Source of the DNA: Escherichia phage UPWr_E2
Sequence record: PP418986.1
Reading direction: 5' to 3' (one strand)
Length of the DNA: 64,000 bases
A program made the position numbers and the translations under genes. The notes under the pieces are model-generated. The model had not been told where the DNA came from and ran no database searches. It saw nothing but the letters and a program-made list of their open reading frames with translations. Below are positions 32,286 to 42,848 of this stretch, piece after piece. Position 1 is the first letter of the stretch, and every line of letters starts with the position of its first letter.

Positions 32286-33745
32286 TTCTTAAAATTCTGA
32301 ACGAAATAGCATCTATTGGTTCAACTAAGCAGAAGCAAGCAATTCTTGAAAAGAATAAAGATAATGAATTGCTTAAACGAGTATATCGTCTGACTTATTC
32401 TCGTGGGTTACAGTATTATATCAAGAAATGGCCTAAACCTGGTATTGCTACCCAGAGTTTTGGAATGCTGACTATTACTGATATGCTTGACTTCATTGAA
32501 TTTACATTAGCTACTCGAAAATTGACCGGAAATGCGGCAATTGAGGAATTAGTAGGTTATATTACTGACGGTAAAAAAGATGATGTTGAAGTTTTGCGTC
32601 GAGTGATGATGCGAGACCTTGAATGTGGTGCTTCAGTATCTATTGCAAACAAAGTTTGGCCAGGTTTAATTCCTGAACAACCTCAAATGCTCGCAAGTTC
32701 TTATGATGAAAAAGGCATTAATAAGAATATCAAATTTCCAGCCTTTGCCCAGTTAAAAGCTGATGGAGCTCGGTGTTTTGCTGAAGTTAGAGGTGATGAA
32801 TTAGATGATGTTCGTCTTTTATCACGAGCTGGTAATGAATATCTAGGATTAGATCTTCTTAAGGAAGAATTAATCAAAATGACCGCTGAAGCCCGCCAGA
32901 TTCATCCAGAAGGCGTGTTAATTGATGGCGAATTGGTATACCATGAGCAAGTTAAAAAGGAGCCAGAAGGCCTAGATTTTCTTTTTGATGCTTATCCTGA
33001 AATTAGTAAAGCTAAAGAATTCGCCGAAGTAGCTGAATCACGTACTGCATCTAATGGCATCGCCAATAAATCTTTAAAGGGAACCATTTCTGAAAAAGAA
33101 GCTCAATGCATGAAGTTTCAGGTCTGGGATTATGTCCCGTTGGTAGAAATATACGGTCTTCCTGCATTTCGTTTGAAATATGATGTACGTTTTTCTAAAC
33201 TAGAACAAATGACATCAGGTTATGATAAAGTAATTTTAATTGAAAACCAGGTAGTAAATAACCTAGATGAAGCTAAGGTAATTTATAAAAAGTATATTGA
33301 TCAAGGTCTTGAAGGTATTATTCTCAAAAATACCGATGGATTATGGGAAAATGCTCGTTCAAAAAATCTCTATAAATTTAAAGAAGTAATTGATGTTGAT
33401 TTAAAAATTGTAGGAATTTATCCTCACCGTAAAGACCCTACTAAAGCAGGTGGATTTATTCTTGAGTCAGAGTGTGGAAAAATTAAGGTAAATGCTGGTT
33501 CAGGCTTAAAAGACAAAGCCGGCGTAAAATCACATGAACTTGACCGTACTCGTATTATGGAAAACCAAAATTATTATATTGGAAAAATTCTAGAGTGCGA
33601 ATGCAACGGTTGGTTAAAATCTGATGGCCGCACTGATTACGTTAAATTATTTCTTCCGATTGCGATTCGTTTACGTGAAGATAAAACTAAAGCTAATACA
33701 TTCGAGGATGTATTTGGTGATTTTCATGAGGTAACTGGTTTATGA
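32282..33745 (+). CDS. 30: ATP-dependent DNA ligase
   Basis: 487 aa; MILKILNEIASIGSTKQKQAILEKNKDNELLKRVYRL... matches T4 DNA ligase. Confidence 0.95.
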   Translation: MILKILNEIASIGSTKQKQAILEKNKDNELLKRVYRLTYSRGLQYYIKKWPKPGIATQSFGMLTITDMLDFIEFTLATRKLTGNAAIEELVGYITDGKKDDVEVLRRVMMRDLECGASVSIANKVWPGLIPEQPQMLASSYDEKGINKNIKFPAFAQLKADGARCFAEVRGDELDDVRLLSRAGNEYLGLDLLKEELIKMTAEARQIHPEGVLIDGELVYHEQVKKEPEGLDFLFDAYPEISKAKEFAEVAESRTASNGIANKSLKGTISEKEAQCMKFQVWDYVPLVEIYGLPAFRLKYDVRFSKLEQMTSGYDKVILIENQVVNNLDEAKVIYKKYIDQGLEGIILKNTDGLWENARSKNLYKFKEVIDVDLKIVGIYPHRKDPTKAGGFILESECGKIKVNAGSGLKDKAGVKSHELDRTRIMENQNYYIGKILECECNGWLKSDGRTDYVKLFLPIAIRLREDKTKANTFEDVFGDFHEVTGL

Positions 33746-33930
33746 AAGCTTACTTAGAAACAATTGTCATTGCTCAAAAAGAAGGTGGAGATGTTTCTAC
33801 TTCTGTATCACAAGTCATTCTCGAATTTGTAGATGCATACGCTTATAATAAATTTACAGAAACATTTGATGCCTATGAAAAAGGACCAAAGTTTGAAATA
33901 TATCGTACTCTCTTACCACTAGATTACTAA
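33742..33930 (+). CDS. hypothetical protein (62 aa)
   Basis: SD gaggt upstream. Confidence 0.5.
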   Translation: MKAYLETIVIAQKEGGDVSTSVSQVILEFVDAYAYNKFTETFDAYEKGPKFEIYRTLLPLDY

Positions 33931-33955
33931 AGGCCTTCGGGCCTTTAATTTTATA
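33931..33955 (+). terminator. hairpin plus U-rich tract
   Basis: aggcc-ttcg-ggcct then ttaatttta. Confidence 0.55.
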
Positions 33956-33959
33956 AATA
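33952..33959 (+). promoter_or_regulatory. late promoter box TATAAATA upstream of the Alt-like genes
   Basis: exact tataaata 21 nt upstream of ATG 33980. Confidence 0.5.
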
Positions 33960-33979
33960 GAATAAACACTAGAGAGGCT

Positions 33980-36037
33980 ATGATGGAACTTATTACAGAA
34001 TTATTTGACGAAGATACTACTCTTCCGATTACAAACTTAAATCCAAAGAAGAAAATACCGCAAATTTTTTCAGTTCATGTTGATGATGCAATTGAACAAC
34101 CAGGCTTTCGTTTATGTACCTATACATCTGGAGGTGATACTAATCGCGATTTAAAAATGGGCGATAAAATGATGCATATTGTTCCTTTTACATTAACTGC
34201 TAAAGGTTCAATTGCTAAATTAAAAGGTCTTGGTCCAAGCCCAATTAATTATATCAATTCAGTTTTTACTGTTGCAATGCAAACAATGCGTCAGTATAAA
34301 ATTGATGCTTGTATGCTTCGTATTCTTAAGTCTAAAACCGCTGGTCAAGCTCGACAAATTCAAGTTATTGCTGATAGACTTATCCGTAGTCGTTCAGGTG
34401 GCAGATACGTCCTTCTTAAGGAACTCTGGGATTACGATAAAAAGTATGCATATATTCTTATACATCGCAAAAATGTATCACTAGAAGACATTCCGGGAGT
34501 TCCGGAAATTAGTACTGAGCTCTTTACTAAAGTTGAATCGAAGGTCGGTGATGTTTATATCAATAAAGATACTGGAGCTCAAGTAACTAAAAATGAGGCA
34601 ATTGCAGCATCTATTGCGCAAGAAAATGATAAACGTTCTGACCAAGCTGTAATCGTTAAAGTTAAAATTTCCCGTAGAGCAATTGCGCAAAGTCAATCAT
34701 TGGAATCTTCTAGATTTGAAACGCCGATGTTTCAAAAATTTGAGGCTTCAGCAGCAGAATTAAATAAACCTGCTGACGCTCCTTTAATTTCTGACGCTAA
34801 TGAATTAACTGTTATTTCTACTTCAGGATTTGCATTAGAGAATGCTCTTAGTAGTGTTACAGCTGGAATGGCATTCAGAGAAGCTTCTATAATTCCTGAA
34901 GATAAAGAATCTGATGTTAATGCAGAAATAAAAAATAAAGCTTTAGAAAGATTACGAAAAGAATCTATTACTTCAATAAAAACTTTAGAAACTATTGCTT
35001 CTATAGTTGATGATACTTTAGAAAAATATAAAGGTGCTTGGTTAGAAAGAAACATTAACAAGCATTCGCATTTAAATCAAGATGCTGCGAATGAGTTAGT
35101 ACAAAATTCTTGGAATGCAATAAAAACAAAGATTATTCGAAGAGAATTGCGTGGATATGCTCTTACCGCTGGATGGTCACTACATCCTATAGTCGAAAAT
35201 AAAGATTCATCTAAATACACACCGGCACAAAAACGCGGAATTCGTGAATACGTAAGTTCAGGATATGTAGACATAAATAACGCTCTTTTGGGATTATATA
35301 ATCCAGATGAGCGTACAAGTATTTTGACAGCATCTGATATAGAAAAAGCTATTGATAATTTAGATTCTGCCTTTAAAAATGGTGAACGATTACCAAAAGG
35401 TATTACTTTGTATCGTTCACAACGAATGTTACCTTCAATATATGAAGCACTGGTAAAAAATCGAGTTTTTTATTTTAGAAATTTTGTGTCAACATCATTA
35501 TATCCAAATATTTTTGGTACCTGGATGACTGATTCATCTGTGGGTGTTTTACCAGACGAAAAGCGTTTAAGTGTTTCTATTGATAAAACTGATGAAGGAC
35601 TAGTAAATTCTAGCGATAATTTAGTTGGAATTGGATGGGTTATTACTGGGGCTGATAAAGTCAATGTTGTTTTACCAGGTGGAAGTTTAGCACCTTCAAA
35701 TGAAATGGAAGTCATTTTGCCACGTGGATTAATGGTCAAAGTTAATAAAATAACCGATGCATCTTACAATGATGGAACAGTTAAAACTAACAACAAGCTT
35801 ATTCAAGCTGAAGTTATGACCACAGAAGAACTCACCGAATCGGTAATTTATGACGGTGACCGTCTAATGGAAACCGGCGAAGTAGTTACAATGACAGGTG
35901 ATATTGAAATAGAAGACAGAGTTGATTTTGCATCATTTGTTTCATCAAATGTTAAACAGAAAGTAGAATCATCTCTTGGAATTATTGCGTCTTGTATAGA
36001 TATTGCAAACATGCCTTACAAGTTCGTTCAAGGATAA
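33980..36037 (+). CDS. alt: Alt-like mono-ADP-ribosyltransferase, paralog A
   Basis: 685 aa; Arg (TLYRSQR), STS (FVSTSL) and ExE (EMEVILPRG) ART motifs; N-terminus MELITELFD. Confidence 0.8.
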   Translation: MMELITELFDEDTTLPITNLNPKKKIPQIFSVHVDDAIEQPGFRLCTYTSGGDTNRDLKMGDKMMHIVPFTLTAKGSIAKLKGLGPSPINYINSVFTVAMQTMRQYKIDACMLRILKSKTAGQARQIQVIADRLIRSRSGGRYVLLKELWDYDKKYAYILIHRKNVSLEDIPGVPEISTELFTKVESKVGDVYINKDTGAQVTKNEAIAASIAQENDKRSDQAVIVKVKISRRAIAQSQSLESSRFETPMFQKFEASAAELNKPADAPLISDANELTVISTSGFALENALSSVTAGMAFREASIIPEDKESDVNAEIKNKALERLRKESITSIKTLETIASIVDDTLEKYKGAWLERNINKHSHLNQDAANELVQNSWNAIKTKIIRRELRGYALTAGWSLHPIVENKDSSKYTPAQKRGIREYVSSGYVDINNALLGLYNPDERTSILTASDIEKAIDNLDSAFKNGERLPKGITLYRSQRMLPSIYEALVKNRVFYFRNFVSTSLYPNIFGTWMTDSSVGVLPDEKRLSVSIDKTDEGLVNSSDNLVGIGWVITGADKVNVVLPGGSLAPSNEMEVILPRGLMVKVNKITDASYNDGTVKTNNKLIQAEVMTTEELTESVIYDGDRLMETGEVVTMTGDIEIEDRVDFASFVSSNVKQKVESSLGIIASCIDIANMPYKFVQG

Positions 36038-36040
36038 ATC

Positions 36041-38098
36041 ATGGAACTTATTACAGAATTATTTGACGGCGCTTCGGCGCCGGTTGTTAACTTAAATCCT
36101 AAGCATAAAATACCACAAATTTTTGCTATTCAAGCCGGCGAAGAAAGCGTGCTTCCTGGATTTAGATTTTGTACATACACCTCTGGTGGTGATACGAATA
36201 AAAACGTTAAGCCAGGCGATAAAATGATGCATATCGTAATGATAGGTGTTAATGAGAAACTATCATTAGTTAAGCTTAAAAACTTGGGTGGAAATCCAAT
36301 TGGTGTCATTAATGCCGTTTTTGATACTGCTCTTCAAACAATGAAACAGTATAAAATCGACGCATGCCTATTCCGCGTACTAAAAAGTAAAACAAATGGC
36401 GCTGCTCGTCAAATGCAAGTTATTGCTGACCGTTTAGTACGTACTAAAGGAGCAGGTCGATATGTTCTTTTAAAGGAAATCTGGGACTATGATAAAAAGT
36501 ATGCATATATTATGGTTTACCGTAAAAATGCCAATTTAGAAGACATTCCAGGTGTACCTCCTATTTCAACCGAGTTATTCACAAAAGTTGAATCGAAGGT
36601 CGGTGATGTTTATGTAGATGTTAAAACAGGTAATGCTGTTCCTAAAGCTGTCGCTGTTGCTGCTTCTATTGCTTTAGAAAATGATAAGCGCACGGATCAA
36701 GCGGTTATTCAAAAAACTAAAATTAGTCGTCGATTAGCAGCACAAGCTCAATATTCTACTGTTGATGCTTCACTTCAGGGTGATAGCTTCGCTGCTAAGA
36801 AATATCAAGAGTTTGAATCTAAAGTTCCGGTGTATAAAGCAGAAGGACCAATGAACTCTGGCGTTATTCAAATTGGTTCAAACTTCAGCAAAGGAGCTAT
36901 AGGCGGTATGAGAAGCGCTTCTCGTTTTAAATCTAGTGATTATGAACTCGAAAGCTTCCGAAATCATATTGCATTAGCCCATGCACGTTTACGTGATCCA
37001 TCTATCAAGTTACAGAGCGATATAACATATCAAGGTTCTCAAGAATATTTAAAGAATAAAGAATTCTTTGATTATAAGACTGATAAAATTTTAAGCGATC
37101 TTGCTGATATTAATATTTCTAATAGCTTTGATGTTATTAAGAAAATTATCAATGATTTGGTTAAAGGTTCTAAAGCTACGCCAGATGAAAAGACAGCTAT
37201 TATTCAATTTGTCATGAATGGCATTTATAAATTGATTAATGAATCTGCTGCTCAGGCATATGAATACGCAAGCACTGAAGTAACTCCAAAAGGATTAACT
37301 CAAGCTGAATCTGATGTAATTGAAGATTATTGTGCAGATTCATATGTTGAAATGAACTCGTTCCTTTTGGGTAAACCAGATTCTACCCGTGAAGAATATA
37401 TGGAACGAGCTATTAAACATATTGAGACGCTTGATTCTGCATTCGCTAAAGGTTCAGTTCTTCCTCCAGGAACTACACTTTACCGTGGACAAGAAGTTAC
37501 CTTTAAAACTTTGCGTCATAACATTGAAAATAAAATGTTCTATTTCAAGAACTTCGTATCCACATCGCTTAAACCAAATATCTTCGGTGAGCATGGTAAA
37601 AACTATATGGCTCTAGATGATTCCGGCGCAGTATTTTCTGGTGAAGGAGAAGGTTCCGTTGATGCAGAAGATTTGATGCATATGGGTAGTCATTCTACAT
37701 ATGCTAATGAAGATGCTGAAACTAGCGTGGGTATGGTAATTAAAGGAGCTGAGCGAATCAAAGTTATCGTTCCGGGTCATTTATCAGGATTTCCGTCAGA
37801 AGCTGAAGTTATTCTACCACGTGGAATTTTACTGAAGATTAATAAAGTAAGTACTTACTTTATGAAAGAAACTGCTTATAACAAGTATCTAATCGAAGGT
37901 ACAATCGTTCCTCCTTCTGAACAATTAGAAGAATCAGTATATGATGGCGACCATCTAATGGAAACTGGTGAAGTTCGTCCAATGGCTGGATTTAATCAAT
38001 TCCTTGTAGAAGAATCAAAAGAAGAGGAAAGCGAAGTTTCTCAAATCTTAGCTTCTTTGGTTAACATCAACGGAATGTCTAAAAAGTTCAAAATGTAG
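36041..38098 (+). CDS. Alt-like mono-ADP-ribosyltransferase, paralog B
   Basis: 685 aa; TLYRGQE, FVSTSL, EAEVILPRG motifs; N-terminal ~230 aa similar to paralog A, centre divergent. Confidence 0.8.
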   Translation: MELITELFDGASAPVVNLNPKHKIPQIFAIQAGEESVLPGFRFCTYTSGGDTNKNVKPGDKMMHIVMIGVNEKLSLVKLKNLGGNPIGVINAVFDTALQTMKQYKIDACLFRVLKSKTNGAARQMQVIADRLVRTKGAGRYVLLKEIWDYDKKYAYIMVYRKNANLEDIPGVPPISTELFTKVESKVGDVYVDVKTGNAVPKAVAVAASIALENDKRTDQAVIQKTKISRRLAAQAQYSTVDASLQGDSFAAKKYQEFESKVPVYKAEGPMNSGVIQIGSNFSKGAIGGMRSASRFKSSDYELESFRNHIALAHARLRDPSIKLQSDITYQGSQEYLKNKEFFDYKTDKILSDLADINISNSFDVIKKIINDLVKGSKATPDEKTAIIQFVMNGIYKLINESAAQAYEYASTEVTPKGLTQAESDVIEDYCADSYVEMNSFLLGKPDSTREEYMERAIKHIETLDSAFAKGSVLPPGTTLYRGQEVTFKTLRHNIENKMFYFKNFVSTSLKPNIFGEHGKNYMALDDSGAVFSGEGEGSVDAEDLMHMGSHSTYANEDAETSVGMVIKGAERIKVIVPGHLSGFPSEAEVILPRGILLKINKVSTYFMKETAYNKYLIEGTIVPPSEQLEESVYDGDHLMETGEVRPMAGFNQFLVEESKEEESEVSQILASLVNINGMSKKFKM

Positions 38099-38151
38099 TT
38101 TACAAGTCCCTCGTGTTGTGTTATAGTAGTCTTACTGACATAACATGAGGA
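38098..38151 (+). promoter_or_regulatory. early promoter/leader cassette, copy 2 of the identical 54-bp repeat
   Basis: identical to 22168-22221. Confidence 0.55.
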
Positions 38152-38158
38152 ACACAAA

Positions 38159-38449
38159 ATGAAATCTTCTTTGCGCTTTTTAGGTCAAGAACTTGTAGTT
38201 GAAGGAGTTATTCCTGCTGATAATGCTTTTAATGAAGCAGTTTACGATGAATTTATCAAAATTTTTGGAACAGATAAAAAGTTCGGAATTTTTCCTTCTG
38301 AAAATTTTTCAAAGCCAGAACAGACTGAAAGTATTTTCCAAGGTGTAGTAACAGGTAAATTTGAGTCAGAAGCTCCGGTAAAAATTGAAGTTTATATTGA
38401 AGACAGTTTAGTTGCTTCAGTTTCTGCTTTCATTTCATTCCGTAAATAA
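38159..38449 (+). CDS. hypothetical protein (96 aa)
   Basis: SD gagga upstream. Confidence 0.55.
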   Translation: MKSSLRFLGQELVVEGVIPADNAFNEAVYDEFIKIFGTDKKFGIFPSENFSKPEQTESIFQGVVTGKFESEAPVKIEVYIEDSLVASVSAFISFRK

Positions 38450-38454
38450 AAATA

Positions 38455-38474
38455 TGGGGACCGAAAGGTCCCCA
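38455..38474. terminator. bidirectional hairpin between convergent genes
   Basis: tggggacc-gaaa-ggtcccca with T-rich flanks on both strands. Confidence 0.6.
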
Positions 38475-38477
38475 TTG

Positions 38478-39443
38478 TTATATTGCTCCTAATATTTTAC
38501 TCTGCGAATTGACAATTCCTGTCATAGTATTAATATTTGAAATGCTTCCTGCAGTTCCCCCTAATCTACTAAGTCGTGAAAGCGAATTAGATAGTCCAGT
38601 AACACCTCCACTATTTCCGAGAACGCTTTGAATACCATTTATAGTAGCAGATTCAAGCCATTCAATGGCAGCTTGTCTATCAACTGCTCCAGCCTGCATC
38701 ACTCTATACGCAAAAGTAACATCAAATGTAGTTATTTGGTTATCTCCATCATATGATAACTCAGGAGCGCTTACGGACACTGGAATGCATCCAGTGAACA
38801 TCACCGCAGTATGTGGTAATCCATTGCGAGAATGAAGATTAACCTGAATATCTGCCTCGACATCTTGCGGCAAAGCACGCAATCCAGTTACTGGGTCTTG
38901 AACAGCGTTAACCCAGTCTTGCATTGCACGATAGTTACAAGCTTCTGAATCCATTCTGAATGAAATAACCAAAGGGTCTAATTCTCTCCCAGTTATACGA
39001 ATATTAGGAGAATTATAGTTCCAGTCAGTTTCATAGGATAATCTATTCTCTGGCATTTTTACAGAGTATATCATCAATCCAGATGAGTTATATGCCATGT
39101 TAAAGAAGTCAATTAAATATGTACCAACTGTAAATGAGCCTAATAAACTTTGAACTGTACGTTGACTCATGGCACCAATAAGATATTTACTAACCCCTGA
39201 TTTTCTTATCAGTTTTTGTGTGCCAGCTGTAATTAGCGTAGTAATTCCCTGATTAATATCGCCTTGAGTTAATCCTAACCAATCTGAATTTAGGCCCAAG
39301 TTATTATAAGAAAAGTTGCTAATTGAACTTATCAACGAAGAGCTTTTAGTTGATGGAGTTGTAGCAAAAACACAGCTGAACATATTATTACGTTGGAAAT
39401 CTGCGTTTATTGCTTGATTATTAAATTCCTCTAAAGAATACAT
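38478..39443 (-). CDS. 54: baseplate tail tube initiator gp54
   Basis: 321 aa; MYSLEEFNNQAINADFQRNNMFSCVFATTP... matches T4 gp54. Confidence 0.92.
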   Translation of the reverse strand: MYSLEEFNNQAINADFQRNNMFSCVFATTPSTKSSSLISSISNFSYNNLGLNSDWLGLTQGDINQGITTLITAGTQKLIRKSGVSKYLIGAMSQRTVQSLLGSFTVGTYLIDFFNMAYNSSGLMIYSVKMPENRLSYETDWNYNSPNIRITGRELDPLVISFRMDSEACNYRAMQDWVNAVQDPVTGLRALPQDVEADIQVNLHSRNGLPHTAVMFTGCIPVSVSAPELSYDGDNQITTFDVTFAYRVMQAGAVDRQAAIEWLESATINGIQSVLGNSGGVTGLSNSLSRLSRLGGTAGSISNINTMTGIVNSQSKILGAI

Positions 39444-40537
39444 TAAAAAGTCCCCGCATATAAAGAAGCACGGTTTAACGTGATAATTTCTCTCATAGTA
39501 ATCTCGAGAGTAAATGTACTAGGGAGATTTGGAGCAATAGCTAATCCGTTAAAGTTACCATTAGGTGTTTTATCAAATCTGATACTCTGGATTTGACATG
39601 GACCGAATATTTCCGTTTTTCCATCAAACTTAGATGTTGCACCAAAGTTTTTCACCATCCAAATTGTCGGGTTTGAAACTACAAGAACGTTAGTTAAACT
39701 CGATGTCATTTTCTCAAATAACGTCTTATTTTTAACTGCATCTTCTGGAGTTAACGGCTCAATAAAAGTAGAACGGTACCACTCATCTAGATATCCTTTT
39801 ATTTCAGCAGCATATTGAGATTTACCAGTTTCACCGTAAGAAAAATAGTTAAAATACTGATAGATATTAATAATAGCCATTAAATCTTCTGTTGAGCGCG
39901 GAGTCAAATCCCAAGTGAACACTTTAGTTCTATTTTCAGCACCGCCGTACATGCTTCTGGCTGTCGTATAAATCTGTTCATTATTATCAGCCATTATACC
40001 TTGTGTTATACTTTCCAGCGCTCCAAATACTGCGGTTGAAGCCATATTGCTTAGCACACCAGTAGCAGTACCTCCACCTTTTGTAATAAGACTATCTTGA
40101 ACATCATTAAATCTATGTGATGACGTATCGACGTCAGATTTAGATCTAGGTAAAAGAATATTTGCAACAGGAACTTTACTTATTGTTCCTGAATTATTAT
40201 CTGATATTAGTCCATTTGATAGTTTTGATACTGTATTACTGATAGTGTTTCTGGCTGTACGTAAAATACTCGAAGATGAAGAAGAGTAGTTAGATCTCAT
40301 CGTTCTAAGACTTCCAGAATCCCTAGATGACATATTGTATGCAGTAAATAATAATCCATTCTTATATAGATCTGTTACCTGGAAGTCCCCTGTAGTGTCA
40401 TTACCACTAGCACGCCCAGTTGGAAACTGGGCTGTGTATGTTTTAGTTCCTACTTCTGATTTAGTACTCTGTCCGGCTGAAATTTTCTCACCGGACTTTT
40501 TAATTAAATCAGCAGTTATTTCTTTAACAATTGCCAT
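39443..40537 (-). CDS. 48: baseplate tail tube cap gp48
   Basis: 364 aa; MAIVKEITADLIKKSGEKISAG... matches T4 gp48. Confidence 0.92.
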   Translation of the reverse strand: MAIVKEITADLIKKSGEKISAGQSTKSEVGTKTYTAQFPTGRASGNDTTGDFQVTDLYKNGLLFTAYNMSSRDSGSLRTMRSNYSSSSSSILRTARNTISNTVSKLSNGLISDNNSGTISKVPVANILLPRSKSDVDTSSHRFNDVQDSLITKGGGTATGVLSNMASTAVFGALESITQGIMADNNEQIYTTARSMYGGAENRTKVFTWDLTPRSTEDLMAIINIYQYFNYFSYGETGKSQYAAEIKGYLDEWYRSTFIEPLTPEDAVKNKTLFEKMTSSLTNVLVVSNPTIWMVKNFGATSKFDGKTEIFGPCQIQSIRFDKTPNGNFNGLAIAPNLPSTFTLEITMREIITLNRASLYAGTF

Positions 40538-40545
40538 ATTATTCC

Positions 40546-42318
40546 TTAATTAACTCCCGTCGCACCAAATACACCAGGAGCAGTTGTGCTTGTGACAGGT
40601 GTCATATTATGAACGACAGTATTTTTCTTAATAACATTATTAGTATTATTGATTGAAGGAGATGCTTGTTGAACAGGAGCTTGTTGTGCTTTGTTCTTTT
40701 CAATCACCTGGACCTGTTTTGCTTCTGGTGATTTAGCAGAAGTTTCAGGTTTTGCTTCAGGTTGATTTTTCTTGAGCTCTTGATAAGTGGCATCAATTTT
40801 AGCAAATCTAGAAGCAAGTTCTTTTTTAACTGCTGGTGAATTATTTAAATCCGGATCATTCATTCGTTTTTTAAGGTCTTCATGAGCAGCTTCAATTGAT
40901 TTAACTGTCGAGTCTTTGCTCATATCAGCTGAATCAGCATATTTTTCAAAACGAATCATCGCAGCACGAGCTTCATTAGCTTTCATTAAAGCATTTTTTC
41001 TTTCTTCCGGTGAAAGTTGTTTTAATTTTTCTTCTTCTGCTGCACGTTCTTCGTCAGTAGTCAATGCTTCTTTATTATCTACACCACGAATCCAGTTAGA
41101 TGCACGAGTTTTCCAGTTCGCAATTTTGTCTAATCCTTTTGCTATTGGGCCAAGATCATCATTCATTCGTTTATCTTGATAATTTGCTACTTTTTCTTGG
41201 TCTTCTTTATTAAGAGATGCTCCAGTAGAATTTTGGAAATTTTCTAATGCTCTTCCTTCTACTTCATCAGCAGTATCCTTCATGCCAGGAATGACTCGAA
41301 GAATTGCTGCAGATAATTTAGCCATACCTAATTGAATAAGCTCTCCTAAATTATAAAGAACACTTCCAAGCCCTTCAACAATAGCTACTGTTAATCCGCC
41401 CCAATCTCCAGCTTCCCAGAACTTTTTAATTTCATCAATAGATTCAAAGATGCTTTGTAATAAAGGGCCCCAAGTTCCTGTTTCGCTTGAGAAAGTTTTA
41501 AAATCAGTGCTAAATAAATCCCAGGCTTTTGAAAATTTATCTGACCAGTATTTAAAATGAACCATCAGCAGGTCTATTCCAATAACAACAGCCATTATCA
41601 ATGCAACCATTTTAGCAGCTTCAATAGCAGCACTGACGGTATACTTAAATAGCATGCTAGATATTTTATCAGTAATTGAAATAGATTTCTTAAATCCGAA
41701 ATCAACTGTCTTTGTTAATTTATCTAAAGCTTGAGATAATTTTAAGTTAAATGCGTCTCTTTTTTGCTTCTCTTCTGGAGACTCTTGTTTTGGTTCAATT
41801 GGCTGAGGAGTAGGGAAAAAATCAGCATCAGGATCATTATTAACTGCTTCAGGAGCCGGTAATAAAGGACCCACAGATTCAGCTGTATCATCCTCGACGA
41901 CTTTAACAGGAATAGCATTTTCGACTACTGCTAAACTCGTTCCAGTCTGTTGAATTCCAGCTGTTTGAATTTTTTGTTCTAATAAACTCGTTAATTTATC
42001 TAATTTGCTTCCGAGTGATTCGCCTATTTCTTTATTGATATTATTGCCAATTTCAACAGTCTCGGCAATTAACTCAGAACCGGCAGTAGTATCACTCACT
42101 GCGCTTTCAACGTTATCAATTGCTCCAACTATTTCATTTGATTTTTCTTCAACAGTCTGAGCTATTAATTCAGAGGCAGCTTGAGCATCATCTAATTTTG
42201 TAGAAATGTCATTAAGACCAGATAAAGTATTAGAAGCGGATTTAGCCGCTTCCTGTGTTGGTTTATTATCTGAAATAACTTTTCTACGCATCGTTTGCAT
42301 TTCTTGTGGCTTTTTCAT
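40546..42318 (-). CDS. 29: baseplate hub subunit / tail length determinator gp29
   Basis: 590 aa, T4 gp29 length and position. Confidence 0.9.
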   Translation of the reverse strand: MKKPQEMQTMRRKVISDNKPTQEAAKSASNTLSGLNDISTKLDDAQAASELIAQTVEEKSNEIVGAIDNVESAVSDTTAGSELIAETVEIGNNINKEIGESLGSKLDKLTSLLEQKIQTAGIQQTGTSLAVVENAIPVKVVEDDTAESVGPLLPAPEAVNNDPDADFFPTPQPIEPKQESPEEKQKRDAFNLKLSQALDKLTKTVDFGFKKSISITDKISSMLFKYTVSAAIEAAKMVALIMAVVIGIDLLMVHFKYWSDKFSKAWDLFSTDFKTFSSETGTWGPLLQSIFESIDEIKKFWEAGDWGGLTVAIVEGLGSVLYNLGELIQLGMAKLSAAILRVIPGMKDTADEVEGRALENFQNSTGASLNKEDQEKVANYQDKRMNDDLGPIAKGLDKIANWKTRASNWIRGVDNKEALTTDEERAAEEEKLKQLSPEERKNALMKANEARAAMIRFEKYADSADMSKDSTVKSIEAAHEDLKKRMNDPDLNNSPAVKKELASRFAKIDATYQELKKNQPEAKPETSAKSPEAKQVQVIEKNKAQQAPVQQASPSINNTNNVIKKNTVVHNMTPVTSTTAPGVFGATGVN

Positions 42319-42848
42319 TCAAATAATCCAATAATATTGCCAATTCCGGTTATTGGACCATTAGGGCCAGGAATTGCTAAAGTTGTAGAAATATCATTTG
42401 CCCATTTTAAAACAAATGCTGGCATCTCAAGAAAATTAATTTCTTTAACTTCATCATTGACCTTAAGCAAGCATTTGGATAACATATCGCTTACAGTTAA
42501 AAATTGTTCAAATTTTCCAGGAGGTCTAAAATAAAATGTATTTCCTTGGTATTGAAATTCCAATCTTTGACATACATAAACGTCATTAATATCATAAGTA
42601 TAACCATCTATTTCTTTACGAGATTTAATCTTTCCATTAAATTCCAATAAATGAATAGAAACGAAATCAACTTCTGCCGGTGATAAATTCGGACAAATAG
42701 AATCAATAAGAAGTTTTAAATTTTCATCAGGACCTTTAACATCTTTTAAAATGTTATAATGTTTAAGACCCATCTTAGGAATAGAAACTTCTTTATTACT
42801 TATTGGAAGAACTACTTTCTTCAGTGGTAGTATCAGATTTAAATTCAT
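42315..42848 (-). CDS. 28: baseplate hub distal subunit gp28
   Basis: 177 aa, synteny. Confidence 0.85.
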   Translation of the reverse strand: MNLNLILPLKKVVLPISNKEVSIPKMGLKHYNILKDVKGPDENLKLLIDSICPNLSPAEVDFVSIHLLEFNGKIKSRKEIDGYTYDINDVYVCQRLEFQYQGNTFYFRPPGKFEQFLTVSDMLSKCLLKVNDEVKEINFLEMPAFVLKWANDISTTLAIPGPNGPITGIGNIIGLFE

